A stretch of 64,000 nucleotides of DNA from Eledone cirrhosa. Lineage: Eukaryota. The position numbers and the translations under genes were made by a program. Shown here in pieces: positions 10,666-23,916 of the stretch. How positions within the stretch are numbered: the stretch's first letter is position 1; every line of letters begins with the position of its first letter. The notes beneath the pieces were generated by a model that worked only from the letters and a program-made list of their open reading frames with translations, did no database searches and was not told where the DNA came from. Location of the stretch: the NCBI GenBank assembly GCA_964016885.1, contig OZ024747.1:22134001-22198000 (forward strand), written 5' to 3'.

Positions 10666-11704
10666 TTATCATTTATCACGATAAATGTTTGATTGGTAGA
10701 GCAACGGACCAAATGCTTCGAGGTGTTTATTTGCATCTTTTTAGATTATAATTTCGAATCCCGACGAGGTCGACATTGTATTTCGGTCGTCTGGGCTCTA
10801 AAATAAAATATCATTCAGATACATGCGCCAATGTAATCAAATGACCCACCCACCTCTACGCAGGCCAGTCGTCAGGCTTTGGTCCTCGGCTTTAGAAAAT
10901 TCTGGGGTGGGAGGAGGAATTCTTTCGGAGTTAATTAACTACAAGAACAACAACTAAAATAAATAAAATTAAAATAAAACAGCAAACCCTTAAACTAAAT
11001 TCCCCCAAGGAGTATATCCTGCCTTGTTTTCCTTCTATTCCATATATTTATTAATCTTCAACGATTTTTCCTGTTTCACCAATAACTTCCTTCCTCACTC
11101 GGAAGACATTTTCTATCGTGTCTTTCCGCCCCACTTGCTAACTAAGCACCTCTTGAATTTTATATATATGTTAATTTTAATATATGTTAGTTTTAATATA
11201 TGTTAGTTTTAATATATGTTAGTTTTAACATGTTTCTGAATATTACGTTCGCTGGCTAAATAGCAAAATCAACTGAACATTGTAGAAATACTTTGCAATA
11301 TTTAGTTCCGACACTTTATAATCTAAATAAAAAAACTATCCCTCGAAATTTGGGTAAATTTATATTATTGTATTTTAAGGGTAGTAAAATGTATGTTTCT
11401 CTCATGTTTTTTTTTTAATGTGTTTTGAATGAACAAGGAACTTCAAAACCATCGTAATTTACTCGTTTTCTGAAGTTCCCCATCCGATAATTTGACAACA
11501 CCTGTCACGGAGTTGGATGTAATAATTGTTTCTACTTTGGATACAAGGCCAGTAGTATAAAAAGGAAGGGGTAAGTCGATTAAAACGACCCAGTGCATGT
11601 CAGAATGTGTTATGGACCGGATACCATTAGGAGGGAGGATTTGCCTCTTGAAGTTTATGGAGGATTTGCCTCTTGAAGTTTATGGAGGATTTGCCTCTTG
11701 AAGC

Positions 11705-12260
11705 TTGTGGGTGATGCAAGTTTATGCACCAAACAAGGAGTCCGAATACAGATCCTTCCTTGATGAAGTTACTGTAGCGTTAGATATAGTTAACACTGGG
11801 TTATATATCATAATGGGAAACTTCAATGCACATGTTGAAACTGACAGCCTGACATGGAAAGGAGTGATTGAAAAGGAACGGTGATACCGATCTAAATTCG
11901 AATGGAGAGGCCTTATTAGACTTCTGTTCTAGCAATCGACACTCTATTATGAAAAACATCAAGCACAAAGACATCTATAAATATACATGGTATAAGGAGA
12001 ACCGGGGACAGAGATCAATAATTAATTTTGTTATCGTCTCTGATCTCTTCGATTCTGTGCTGGATGTTCGTGCTGAACTGTCAACTGATCACCATCTAGT
12101 TATCTGCTGCTTGAGACTACTTAAAGCCAAAGAAGCCCACAAAACTGGCAGGTCCAGGTCGATCTACGGGATAAAGTGGAAAGCGTTGGTGGATAAGGAA
12201 GTCATGACCAGGTATGCAGATACTATTGCATCCAAAGTTAGAGAACTCACTGAGAAAGGT
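11705..12260 (+). mobile_element. RTE-clade LINE apurinic endonuclease fragment (degraded)
   Basis: VMQVYAPNKESEY..FLDEV...IIMGNFNAHV...NGEALLDFC...YTWY...RSIINFVIVS...STDHHLV are APE motifs (YAP, GDFNA, IDY, SDH), with frameshifts. Preceded by a 25-bp unit x3 (~11630-11705). Confidence 0.85.
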
Positions 12261-13044
12261 CTAAACAAACGCACACAGTCTGGACCAGTTTCTCATTAAA
12301 GTGTTCTGACGAAGGGTTTTCAGACTCAAAATATTAAGGACAAGTAAATAAAATAACAGGTGACATACAATCTTCGTTGCCTTCGAAATATTCCAAAATC
12401 GATCGTCCATTTTGTATTACATTATATATTTTTATATATTTAATTCAATTATACAAATTTGTGACCCATTTAGGTTCGGTGATATGCTCCTCTAAGGCGG
12501 CGAACTGAATCCTTAGAATTTCGGGTTGAATTCTTTGCGGTATTCGTTTCGGCTTTCAACTCCCTGAGTTCAAATCCCGCCGAGAGCAACTTTGCCTTTC
12601 ATCTATTTGAGGTCGATGAAAAAAAAGTACCAGTCTGAAGTGTGAGCTCTAGGTTACCTAGTAGCTAAAGGTAGCGCCAATTCCGTCATTGTTACCTTAT
12701 CTACACGGTCATCTCTAAAAAGCCCACTTTTTTACTATTTCTTCGTCTTCGTCGACTTTCACTTTTTGTAGTAACGGTGGTGTTTGTATCAATTTACTTC
12801 TATGATGGTTTATCTGTAAGATGGCAAAGGTATATCTATAAGATGGTAAATCAGTGAAGTTAAGTTCAATTGTCTTCTTCTGTAAACCGTCTAACTGAAG
12901 ATACGTTTTGTTTGGTGGCAACAGGACCAAATGTAAACGGATAAATAAATAAACAAAGGCATCACACACACACATACACACACACACGTATGTATGTTCA
13001 ACCATTGCTAGCTGGGAAAACATACGTTAAATGATATATATATA

Positions 13045-13438
13045 CGAGGGTAATCCCAAAAGTAAGGTCTCCAAAGCGATGGGGACGCAGAGAAACTGTT
13101 CGTACGGCTGTTGGCAACACTGTTGTGATTGGTGCTTCCTTCACTCCCAAACAAGCATGCGCGCGCTTCGCTGGGATGCTCAATCTTGGCTTGGCAGCCG
13201 TTGAGAATGGAGCTCTCGTTGAACGCTACCGCCAAGTGCGAATTTCGCGCAGTTATTTTATAGAGGGCAATCCCAAAAGTAAGGTCTCCTTCCGAGGAAA
13301 ACATGCGTAAAGATCGGCGGATCACTCTGGATGCTCTCTGCATTTTGGTTCCTGAGGTTTCCCGAAGCACCATCCACAGGATTTTAACGGAAAAGTTGCA
13401 ATATCGGAAGGAAACCTTACTTTTGGGATTTGCCCTCG
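13045..13438 (+). mobile_element. Mariner-family non-autonomous element with an internal second left TIR and a transposase HTH remnant
   Basis: TA|cgagggtaatcccaaaagtaaggtctcc ... ggaaaccttacttttgggatttgccctcg|TA. A second TIR lies at 13261-13289. ENMRKDRRITLDALCILVPEVSRSTIHRILTEKLQYRK resembles the mariner transposase segment before WVPHEL. Confidence 0.85.
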
Positions 13439-13506
13439 TATATATAAGTTTATCCCGGGTTCAATCGGGGGTAACCACAGTACATAGCCGAGCATAAATA
13501 TTTAAT

Positions 13507-13628
13507 ATAGAAATGGCTTCTACAGCACTAGAACTGTTTCATTCGGGAGAAATCACCAGGAAGCTTCCTGTGATTCCTGATGATTTCTCCCGAATGAAAC
13601 AGTTCTAGTCCTGTAGAAGCCATTTCTC

Positions 13629-13630
<2 letters not shown>
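13507..13630. ncRNA. Palindrome made of two back-to-back degenerate hammerhead motifs
   Basis: + strand: ttc CTGATGA tttctcccgaat GAAA cag-ttctagtc-ctg TA gaagc. - strand: gcttc CTGGTGA tttctcccgaat GAAA cag-ttctagtg-ctg TA gaagc (5-bp stem I, core A to G change). Confidence 0.65.
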
Positions 13631-13676
<46 letters not shown>

Positions 13677-13698
13677 TATTGTATTTTAAGGGTAGTAA

Positions 13699-13758
13699 GT
13701 TTATCTATATAAAAGGCAGTTTTAGTTCCCCGGGGAGGTACTTTATATACATATACGT

Positions 13759-13824
<66 letters not shown>

Positions 13825-13895
13825 CGTGAACCTAATAAACTCTTATTTGTACTGCCTCCCTATTTTTGGTCCCGTCTAAGTTTTAACTATATATA

Positions 13896-13957
<62 letters not shown>

Positions 13958-14015
13958 GTATATGTATATAAAGTACCTCCCCGTGGAACTAAAACTGCCT
14001 TTTATATAGATAAAC
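13699..14015. repeat. 65-bp inverted arms enclosing two (TA)n tracts and a 70-bp insert
   Basis: 13699-13763 versus 13951-14015 are reverse complements with about one mismatch. The insert 13820-13888 resembles the reverse complement of 3865-3928. Confidence 0.85.
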
Positions 14016-14189
14016 CGCTATACGGTATTAATACTAACCTTAATGCTAATTATGTGTAAGGGTAATAGAAAGGAGAGGAGTGTTACAAGAAAAACATCAC
14101 ATTTTATTTGTTTTCCTTACACTTGATAACATCTCTAGCCCCACCACTCTTCATATTCTTATGTCTGACACCCATCTCTCTCTTTCTGT

Positions 14190-14670
<481 letters not shown>

Positions 14671-14849
14671 ATTAGGGAACCGTGTCACGGGGGCTGAAAA
14701 TTGTTTTGTTTTCCAGACACTTAACTTTTGTGTGTTGTGGTAAGTCTTCGTATAAACAAACATACAGTTGTGCGTTCATTACATCTTTTAGATATACACA
14801 GAGTCTCATAGACATCGTTGCCGTCGTCACTGTCCCTCCACCGCCGCCG

Positions 14850-15210
<361 letters not shown>

Positions 15211-15527
15211 CATATTCTAATTAGATGTTTTTGTTTTATATAACAATGTAGTGGTAGTGGTGCTAGTTGTTTCAATTGAATTGGAAGAGAGTGAAAGCTA
15301 GAACTGGGCTGGTAAAGAGAAAGCAGAGATCTAAAAATATTTGAAATCTATTGAGTACAAACAACATGATACTCGTTGATGGCAAGAAACACATCATTAG
15401 CTTCTATCGAATTTGAACCATTTCATTGAGAAACTTTTACCTTGATTGGAGTAGTGAACCAGCAGAATCATTAGAGCATGGGCCATAATGATATGATAAT
15501 TGTCTCTACTTTGAATGATATGATAAT

Positions 15528-15742
15528 GGTTTCTTATATAGGCACAAGGCCAGTAATTTGGGGAGGGGAAAATCGATTAAATCGACCCCAGTGCGTGACT
15601 GGTACTTTATTTTATTGACTCCATAAGGATGAAAGGCAAAGTTAACCTCGGCGGGATTTGAGCTCAGATCATAAAGAGCCGTAACTCTATGCTGCAAAGC
15701 ATGGCGTCTGACCCTCTACCGATACTGCCAATCCACCGCCCT
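15528..15742 (-). mobile_element. Full-length abundant tRNA-derived SINE (long-tail subfamily)
   Basis: Same core as the other copies; TSD ctttgaat(g/a)atatgataat on both sides. The core gcctttcatcctt..ggggtcgataaaataaagtaccag resembles the MetaSINE domain as I recall it (not verified). Confidence 0.85.
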
Positions 15743-15922
15743 CTTTGAATAATATGATAATGATGTGGTTACTGTTGTGAGCCTTTACACTCCAAGTTCC
15801 AATCACTCTGACATCCATTGTCCTTTTCATTATTCTGAGGTCTGGACAGAGGATAGGCTCTGTCATGTTCAAAAGACCCTTAACACATGCCATCTGTCAT
15901 GACATTGCCCCTATAACTTCCT

Positions 15923-16238
15923 CATGAGTTATGGATTCATATATATATATATATATATACAGGGCTTATAAGAGGGTGGTCCAGTCGGTATTTTCTTCCG
16001 GGGGCTTAAGAGCTAAGATGGCCCCACAGCAACCATGCATCATGAGCTATGGATTCGTACATATATACAGGGCCTATGAGACTGGAGTCCAGCTGGTATT
16101 TTGTTCCAGGGGTGGGGGTAAGAGCTAAAATGGCCCCACAGAAACCATGCAACATCCATTTTGAGAAAAATATTTGCCTGCTTTGAGCCCCAAAGGAGTC
16201 TTGTACCACCTTGCAAAATTTTTCTTGGAGGCCCTGCA
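15923..16238. mobile_element. hAT-like MITE (CAGGGCC...GGCCCTG) with a ~118-bp tandem duplication of its left end plus flank
   Basis: catgag(t/c)tatggattc...atacagggc(t/c)tat occurs at 15923 and 16041. The right end ggccctg is at ~16230. Confidence 0.5.
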
Positions 16239-17254
16239 TGTATATACTTTGAGGTCGTTAAGATAAAGTAGCAGTACTTGAGTATTATGGAGGTGATTTA
16301 ATTGCCAATACTCCCTCCCAAATTTGTGTCACTGTGCCAGTGCTAAAAATCAATATTTTTCCTCTGATTAAATCCACTGTTATGTTCCCCTAAATTTGTG
16401 ACTTTATATCTAAATTGGAAATAGATGTAGGCATGGTGGTCTTCTTAAGAATTCACTTTGCAACTATTTGTTTTCAAGTTCAATACAACTATACAAGATT
16501 AACTAAACCTTTGTAAGTGAAATTTGATAGAAGGAAACTCTTTAGAAGCTCATCAGAAGTGATGTACTCAAGCTGAAGTAGTGTACCCAAGATCAAACAA
16601 TACACAAGCTTAAGTGATGTACTAAACCATCCAACTATGACCATCCCATCGTTTCAGGTAGGTTATTTTATAAGATAGGAGGGCTTGACAAATCTATGTT
16701 CTCTTTTTTTTCTTCTCTCAGATGATAGGGTATGATTTGTAGATTTGGTTGCCATTTGTTGCTTGCTGATCAGCCTAGAAGAAACTCCAGGTGTTTCTTG
16801 AGGGAGGTTTGGTTGTCAAGTACCTTTATCAAAGCTCTTGTATTTAGCTCAAGAAGGGGACAGTGACTTCTGATATATATTAAGCAGTGTATTAAAACAA
16901 AAGATTTATATAAAACAAATAATATAAATAAATAACTACTGTAACTACCAGATTAGAAAATAAACTCACAGACAAAGATTAAATTTAAGAGGATTTAGGT
17001 TCGGAAAATAAGAAATTAAAAAAAAAAATTAGTATCAATAAAAAGCAACAAAAAAAAAAAAAATAGCAAAAGAGAAAATTTAGGAAAATAAAGGAAAGGT
17101 AATGAAATTGCCACAAGAAGCTAAAAGGGTTAATAGTAGTATAAGTAAAGAACTAGTAGTACCTGTACCTATCTAACTATCTACCTGCCTCTCTCTATAT
17201 ATCTACCTACCTGTCTGTTACCTGTCTTTCTATATGATTACTGATCTAGTTATC

Positions 17255-18130
17255 TATCTGTCTGTCTGTCTGTCTGTCTATCTGTCTGTCAATCTATCTA
17301 TCTGTCTGTCTATCAATCTATCTGTCTGTCTGTCTATCTATCAATCTGTCTGTCTGTCTGTGTCTGTCTGTCTGTCTGTCTATCAATCTATCTGTCTATC
17401 TGTCTATCAATCTATCTGTCTATCTGTCTGTGTCTGTCTGTCTATCTGTCTATCAATCTATCTGTCTGTCTGTCTGTGTCTGTCTGTCTGTCTGTCTATC
17501 AATCTATCTGTCTATCTGTCTTTGTCTATCTGTCTGTCTGTCTATCTATCAATCTATCTGTCTGTCTGTCTGTCTATCAATCTATCTGTCTGTCTGTCTG
17601 TGTCTATCTGTCTTTCGGGGGTGTGTGCGACCCCCCAAGGCGCCTCCTCTCTATTGAGGATTTTGTTATAAATTTTATTTTTTGATATATTTTATTTTAT
17701 TTTTATATTTTGTTATTGCCTCCTCCTTATTGAGGACGCCTTTTTGTGTAAACTCCCCCTTTGTACTTGTCCCACTTTTGATGCCCTGGTGGCAAATAAA
17801 AGAAACATATCTGTCTATCAATCTATCTGTCTGTCTGTCTATCTATCTGTCTATCAATCTATCTGTCTGTATGTCTATCTATCTGTCTATCAATCTATCT
17901 GTCTGTATGTCTATCAATCTATCTGTCTATCTGTCTGTCTATCTGTCTATCTGTCTGTCTATCTGTCTATCAATCTATCTGTCTGTCTGTCTATCAATCT
18001 ATCTGTCTATCTGTCTGTCTATCTGTCTATCAATCTATCTGTCTGTCTGTCTATCAATCTATCTGTCTGTCTATCTATTTATCTGTCTGTCTGTCTCTTT
18101 CTCTCTGTTAATCTATCTGCCTGTCTATCT
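17255..18130. repeat. (TCTA/TCTG)n compound microsatellite interrupted at ~17615-17807 by a LINE-3'-UTR-like insert
   Basis: Direct reading. The insert ends ...ggtggcaaataaaagaaaca and runs back into tatctgtctatc repeats. Confidence 0.9.
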
Positions 18131-18661
18131 CTAAATATCCACCCCCCTCTCTCTCTCAGTCTGTCTATCAACCAATCAATAACCCAACTAACTTATCTAA
18201 CTATTATTTAAGTTAGTTATTTCTAAAAGTACTAATATCTATTTTTATAGTTTACTGTATTTCTTTCTTTCTTTTTTTTTTTTGGTCAGGGGCGGGGGGG
18301 GGGGGGGAAGTCACTCACTGCTTTTGTGATTTATTTATAAAGGAATATTACAAATCCGTCCTTTATTTAGTCAGAAGTCAGGTAATACTTATCAATGAAT
18401 CACCACCATGCACTAAATTTATTTTATAAGATATAATTTAGTACAGTTTGCTAAACTAGGTTCATTTAAGTTGCTACAACTGAATGGTTTATCATTTATT
18501 TATTTGTAATAGTTAGTCCCTGGTGGAGGGGCTTTTTAGGTCCACCTAGAGTGAAATGACAAAAGGTATTGAATCAGCAGAGTCATTAGAACATCAGATA
18601 AGGTGGTTATATTAACCAAGATGTGGACAAAAGGTCACTCTGTATTATCTGCCTCTTCTAC

Positions 18662-18920
18662 TGGAGGTGCATGGCCAAGTGGTAAGGGTGTTGGACTTCT
18701 GATCCTAATGTAATGGGTTCGATTTCTGAACTGGGCTGCATATTATGTTCACATGGCTCCAGCATACTCAGCTGAAAATGAGTACTAGCAATAGCTGGGG
18801 ATTTAACCCAGTGGTGGATATATGTTCTATCCAGGGGGAAGTCTTGTACTCTAAGTTCCTTCACGCCATGAAACCGAGATAAGTACCGGCTTGACAAGCC
18901 TTCTAGCTTAAGACAGACTT
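18662..18920 (+). mobile_element. tRNA-derived SINE (third family, diverged)
   Basis: tggccaagtggt (A box) and ggttcgattt (B box), followed by tactcagctgaaaatgagtac and a conserved-looking body. Confidence 0.55.
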
Positions 18921-19895
18921 TTCTACTGCTACTTCAATGACAACTTAATGTAATTTTTAATGAGGAGGAAAAGTTGATTATATCGACTCCAGTACTCAAC
19001 TGGTACTTTATTTTATCGTCCCTGGAAGCATGAAAGGAAAAGTTGACCTTGGGGGGATTTGAACCAGAACAAATACTGCTAAGTTTTTTTGTCTGATGCT
19101 CTAACGACTCTGCCAATCCACCCCTCAACAGCCTCTTATTATAAAAAGTATTACTTTCACTCAAGCCGAAGCGTGCACCTTCCCCATCATCCCCCCCCCC
19201 CCCACCTAGTCCTACTCTCTAAACACCAAAGAAAACAATTTTCTTAATCCTTCCTCCCCAGGACTTTAATCCCTCTAGAATTTCCTGCCTGTCTCATTTT
19301 CATTTATCACAAGACAATGCGAGAGCCTTAATGCAGTCGTTCAACCTGCTACAAGTAGCTGCTAATTCTCCCTCAAATCACACCCTACATTAGCTAATGT
19401 AGACTCTAGTATACAACACGACCAGATGGACACGGATGGAACATTTTTAATCATTTGTCTGCTTAATCAAGTATGACCTGGAGCTCAAGAGAAACAACTT
19501 ATATGCCTCAGATGATCAGGAGAGCCTTAACAAAGTCATTCGAACGACTAGAAATAGCACCCAAATATACCTCAAATCACACCCAATTATTTTTTAAACG
19601 GAAGGGCACATTGGTTAATGTAGTCCCTGACATAAGGTCACGGACGGAACGTCTTTGGTCAGAGGTTTGTAGTGGGTGAGTGGCTAAACAATAACAACGA
19701 AACGACCTCTCTGCCTGTAACTATTCACTTATCAACGCCTGTCTATCAACTCTGCATCTATTTACCTGTATTTACCTGTATTTACCTGTCTACGTGTTTA
19801 TCATCATCCAGCCATCTGCCTTCATCTATCAAAATCTATCACTTTTCTTCTCTAACCTTATCTACCTATCTGTTGTTTGCTTACCTGGTATATAT

Positions 19896-19932
<37 letters not shown>

Positions 19933-20022
19933 CATACACACACAAACACACACACACACACACATATATATATACTCGAAATTTTATTGGCATAACTCTA
20001 TTCATCTGAACTTTTATCCTTG

Positions 20023-20083
<61 letters not shown>

Positions 20084-20821
20084 CACACATACACATATAC
20101 GTGTGTATGTTTATGTGCATGTATATGTATTATATGTCTGTATGCGTGTGGCTGTTTGTCTATCTATCTTTCCACCACCCATTCAGTAAAATAATATTGT
20201 TGGCGAGGAGCAATCAGTGACGAGTACATAGAAAAGAGGGGATGTAGAGACAACAACAGGAAAGCGAAAAGGACAATAATTAGACGTAAGGAGAAAACTA
20301 CAGCGTGCCAGTTGCATCGTGCAACAGTGAGGAGACACAGCTATGACGGTGAGTTGTATTGGCATGGTAACGCAGTGTGGACGCTTTAAAAGAAAAAAAA
20401 TCAATGAATTGCATGTGTGTATGTGCATTTTATTTGTGCGTATGAGAATAGATTTCGATGCAAATTTGCCAGCAGGAACAAGCGGAGATGCATTCTTGAG
20501 TAAAGGGAGGAATGACGTATGTTTTAACTGTGTCAACATGTGAATCTTTGAAGTGTTTTGATGTGCGTGTGAGCGAGCGAAAGGATAAATATTTAAGGAT
20601 ATTCGTGTGTGTGTGTAAATATAAAAGAAATCGTTATTATATGTGATTGTGTGTGTGTGTACAAGCATTATCTGCTTGAAATTTATGAAACGAACGAGCG
20701 GAAACTTCGAAGTCACTGTCTCTTTTCTATACTCTACCTCACCCACCCAGAATTGGGTGCTTATTCAGTTAATGTTTATGTTTGAATATTTTAAACACTA
20801 CAGTATTTTAAACGTATACTC

Positions 20822-20886
<65 letters not shown>

Positions 20887-21867
20887 GGGTATTATACATG
20901 CATATCTTCATGCGAATGATCTTCTGCGAGTATGCATAGTAAAACCAAAACAAAACTTGTATATTTATTTATACGTACATTTACGTGTACCCTACCCTCT
21001 TAGGAATATACTGATATATATATGTGTGTGTGTGTGTGCGTGTAATGTGACATACATAAATCGAGAAAGAGGTGGAGAAAACAAATCATGTGATTAATGA
21101 CTAAAATATGTGTAATGTAACAAGTGATGTTTCAGTATTAATGTTTTCCCCATTAGTTCATCATTTAAGTTGTAGAAAATGAAACTAACAGTTTAGTACA
21201 AGCTCGATAACGTTCCCTTTTTTTCTTTATCTCTCTAACGTATCTCGTGTTCTGTTTATATTAAATATATTTTATTCAAGTCGAAGCGATAAACTTTAAC
21301 GTGGCTATATTAATAAGACATTGCGCTTTAGATGACGGGAGATAACTCGCTAATGACGCACTGGCTTTTAGAACAACGTAAATCCACAATTTAAGCGCTT
21401 GTATGTACATGTATGAAAGAAAATTAAAATTGAATCGACGAAAAAGACTTTTAATTGCCTGTTTCTAAATAAAAAATATATTCATTTAAAGCAATATGCA
21501 TACAGGTAATTTTTTTCTTGATATATTTAAAATATATTTTAGGTCGTATAAAAATAAATTACAAAGTTATTTATAAATGATGTTTGAATTTATATATTTC
21601 AATCGCTTACGTTACCAAGTAAATCTCATTTATCTGAATGTTCTCATGACATCATTGTTGCTTGGTCAAAGGCCAATTACAATGGCCATTGCTATGTAGT
21701 TATTCTACTATTTGGATGCCGCCCAGAATTTTTATTTTATGTTTAAAATTTAAAAGAAAAAAATAGCCATGTTAGCTAAAATTTAATAACAGCTTCTTAA
21801 TTATTTTTTAAAAGCAACAAATACATTTTTAATCTCTGAATCAAATTCTTCTACTTTTTTTTTTATC

Positions 21868-21965
21868 AGCCAATCAGCGAATTTCATTTATAAAAGTTTA
21901 GGTTGAGTAAAGGGTAAGTAGTATAGTTGGAATAGCCAAAAGGCAGCCATCTTTTTGCTTTCCGG
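21868..21965 (+). promoter_or_regulatory. Candidate promoter upstream of first exon A (CCAAT box, YY1-like and ETS-like motifs)
   Basis: agccaatcag at 21868, gccatctt at 21946 and ttccgg at 21960, about 300-400 bp before ATG 22258 in a repeat-poor, CpG-retaining stretch. Motif matching only. Confidence 0.4.
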
Positions 21966-22257
21966 TAGAGTAATAACAATCTTTAAACTATCTTTATTTT
22001 CAAGGTTCACTAAGCTGCTGGGGATGCTGGAAAGAACACTACTGACACATAGAAGAATAGAAAAGCCATGGATGAATATTTCGTTAGAATTATTGTTTGC
22101 TGGCAAAATTTTTCATTGATTACTCGTAGCCTGGGTGTTAGCCGGCTGGTGCATTCGTCTCCAGTTGTGTCGTGTGTTGCTTGACAGACGACACAGGCTC
22201 AGGCACTCACTCGGATTTACTCACAAAACACCTGCACACTAAACGGATGCGTTTATC

Positions 22258-22357
22258 ATGGATTTAGGAATAGACTTTCAGGATTATAGGGATCTGCAGC
22301 TTCCCTTATGTATTTTACAGCTGGACCCTGCAGATCGAGCAGTTTTAAGAATTGCAG
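22258..22357 (+). CDS. shot: Spectraplakin (short stop / MACF1 / dystonin / plectin family) alternative first coding exon A
   Basis: MDLGIDFQDYRDLQLPLCILQLDPADRAVLRIA + G|gtaagt, phase 1, with an in-frame TAA upstream at 22240. LDPA(D/E)RAV(L/I)RIA-DERD is the conserved N-terminus of dystonin, MACF1 and plectin-1c type isoforms. Confidence 0.88.
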
Positions 22358-23652
22358 GTAAGTTGGCAATGTACGAATGTGACATATTTATAACTGTTGA
22401 ATTCCATACATTTTTACCACTTGTAGCATCTATATAAGTATTTCTCTCTTTTAGACCTTATTTTGTTATATTGAGCACTTTAAATGTCAACCAACTAACA
22501 TTATTTTAGCGTATTAATATATTCCTAGATATTTCTCTAAATATTAAATAATTTAATTCAATTTCCGTTGCGTTTACGATGTTACTGTTTCACTATTAAA
22601 CTGAAAGTACACACTACACTCCCCTTGAAACAAATCTTCAAATGAAATTCTCTCATCATAATCTTTATTATATCTGTTAAAACTGTTAAGAATCAGTAAA
22701 TTTAAAAAAAAAAAACATCTTCACGATATAATTTCGTTATTCGCTTTCCCGTATATATTTTTTGCGTTGTAATTTAATGAGGTACATGTTGCACGGTGCA
22801 ACTGCATCTTGCTTCAATATCGGACAGTTGGAGGTTACTATCAATTTACAAGGGTATAACGTTCGTAATTTCCAAGCTGATATGTACATTTCCTTCCACG
22901 CCCATCTTTTATTTTTATTTTTTATGAAGCAACAATAATAACGTCGAAAACATTTAATAGTAATAAAAAAAAATTGATATTTTCAATGTAACATCTTGTG
23001 TTAGTAGCTACTTCGATTCTGTTTCTAGTCACGCCATCCTGCCTGTGCATCATTGATAGGAAGGAAGCTGCGAGAAGCCCATTCATAAGCTGCTTGTTTA
23101 ATAATACTCGTAGCCTAACCTGTTCTATCTATTTGGTCCGACTCAGCCTTCTCCCCGAAGCATACGCCAGTAGCGAGAACAACAGCAACATCTATTTTCG
23201 TTTCTCCTCGTTAATAAGACATCGTATCATTCCTGCCATATATCAACGTTGTTCTCGCTCCCCTCTTTCTCGGTTTGAAGAGGTTTTTTTACATCGACAG
23301 TTTTCATCGAGCTGGCTCTTTTGATCTCTATTCACCCATCGTCACCTCCCGAGAAAAAGAAATCACATTTTCCATCATGGTTTAGACCCCAGAATGTCAT
23401 GTATTCACTGAATCCAAATTTAATGACCGAGCGGGTAGAGGTTGGATAGTGACTTGTGGTATCTAAAACCTTTTGATCTAGCCAATCTGCACCCGTTTGT
23501 GTCTGCTAATGCGAATGGATATTTTCTGTGTATGTGGCCACCAATAGGGGTGTGCCCGGTGTAGGCGAATACCCAGATATTTCTGTATCAGGATACCCTT
23601 TGCTCGGATTTACCTTCCTAAGTAGCCCAGCAGAAACTATTTTGTTTCCATA

Positions 23653-23731
23653 ATGGATTTCCCTGGTTATATGGACCCTGAGATACCTGATGTGATGGTA
23701 CAGTATGAAGAAAATCGAAGAAAAGATACAG
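23653..23731 (+). CDS. shot: Spectraplakin alternative first coding exon B
   Basis: MDFPGYMDPEIPDVMVQYEENRRKDT + G|gtaact, phase 1 and in frame with the 23917 exon, with an in-frame TAG upstream at 23623. The YE...K.DERD ending recalls insect Shot-A-type leaders. Confidence 0.65.
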
Positions 23732-23916
23732 GTAACTAAATAATTGGTGATATTGAAGTAGACTAGAGTAGGTGTAACGGTTGTCTAGGTTCTAACCATA
23801 CTTTAGTTACACACACACACACACACACACACACACCTGCATGTTTGCATTCTGAAGAAAGTCATTAATTAATATAAAACTTAAACCTGCTAATTGTCTT
23901 CCTGTTATTATTTCAG

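Noticed and set aside
17234-18211. ORFs rich in LSVC/LSIY
   Set aside because: Translations of (TCTA/TCTG)n.
22068-22184. 38-codon ORF MDEYFVRII... upstream of exon A
   Set aside because: Ends in a stop with no donor or recognisable homology. At most a uORF, and unsupported without transcript data.
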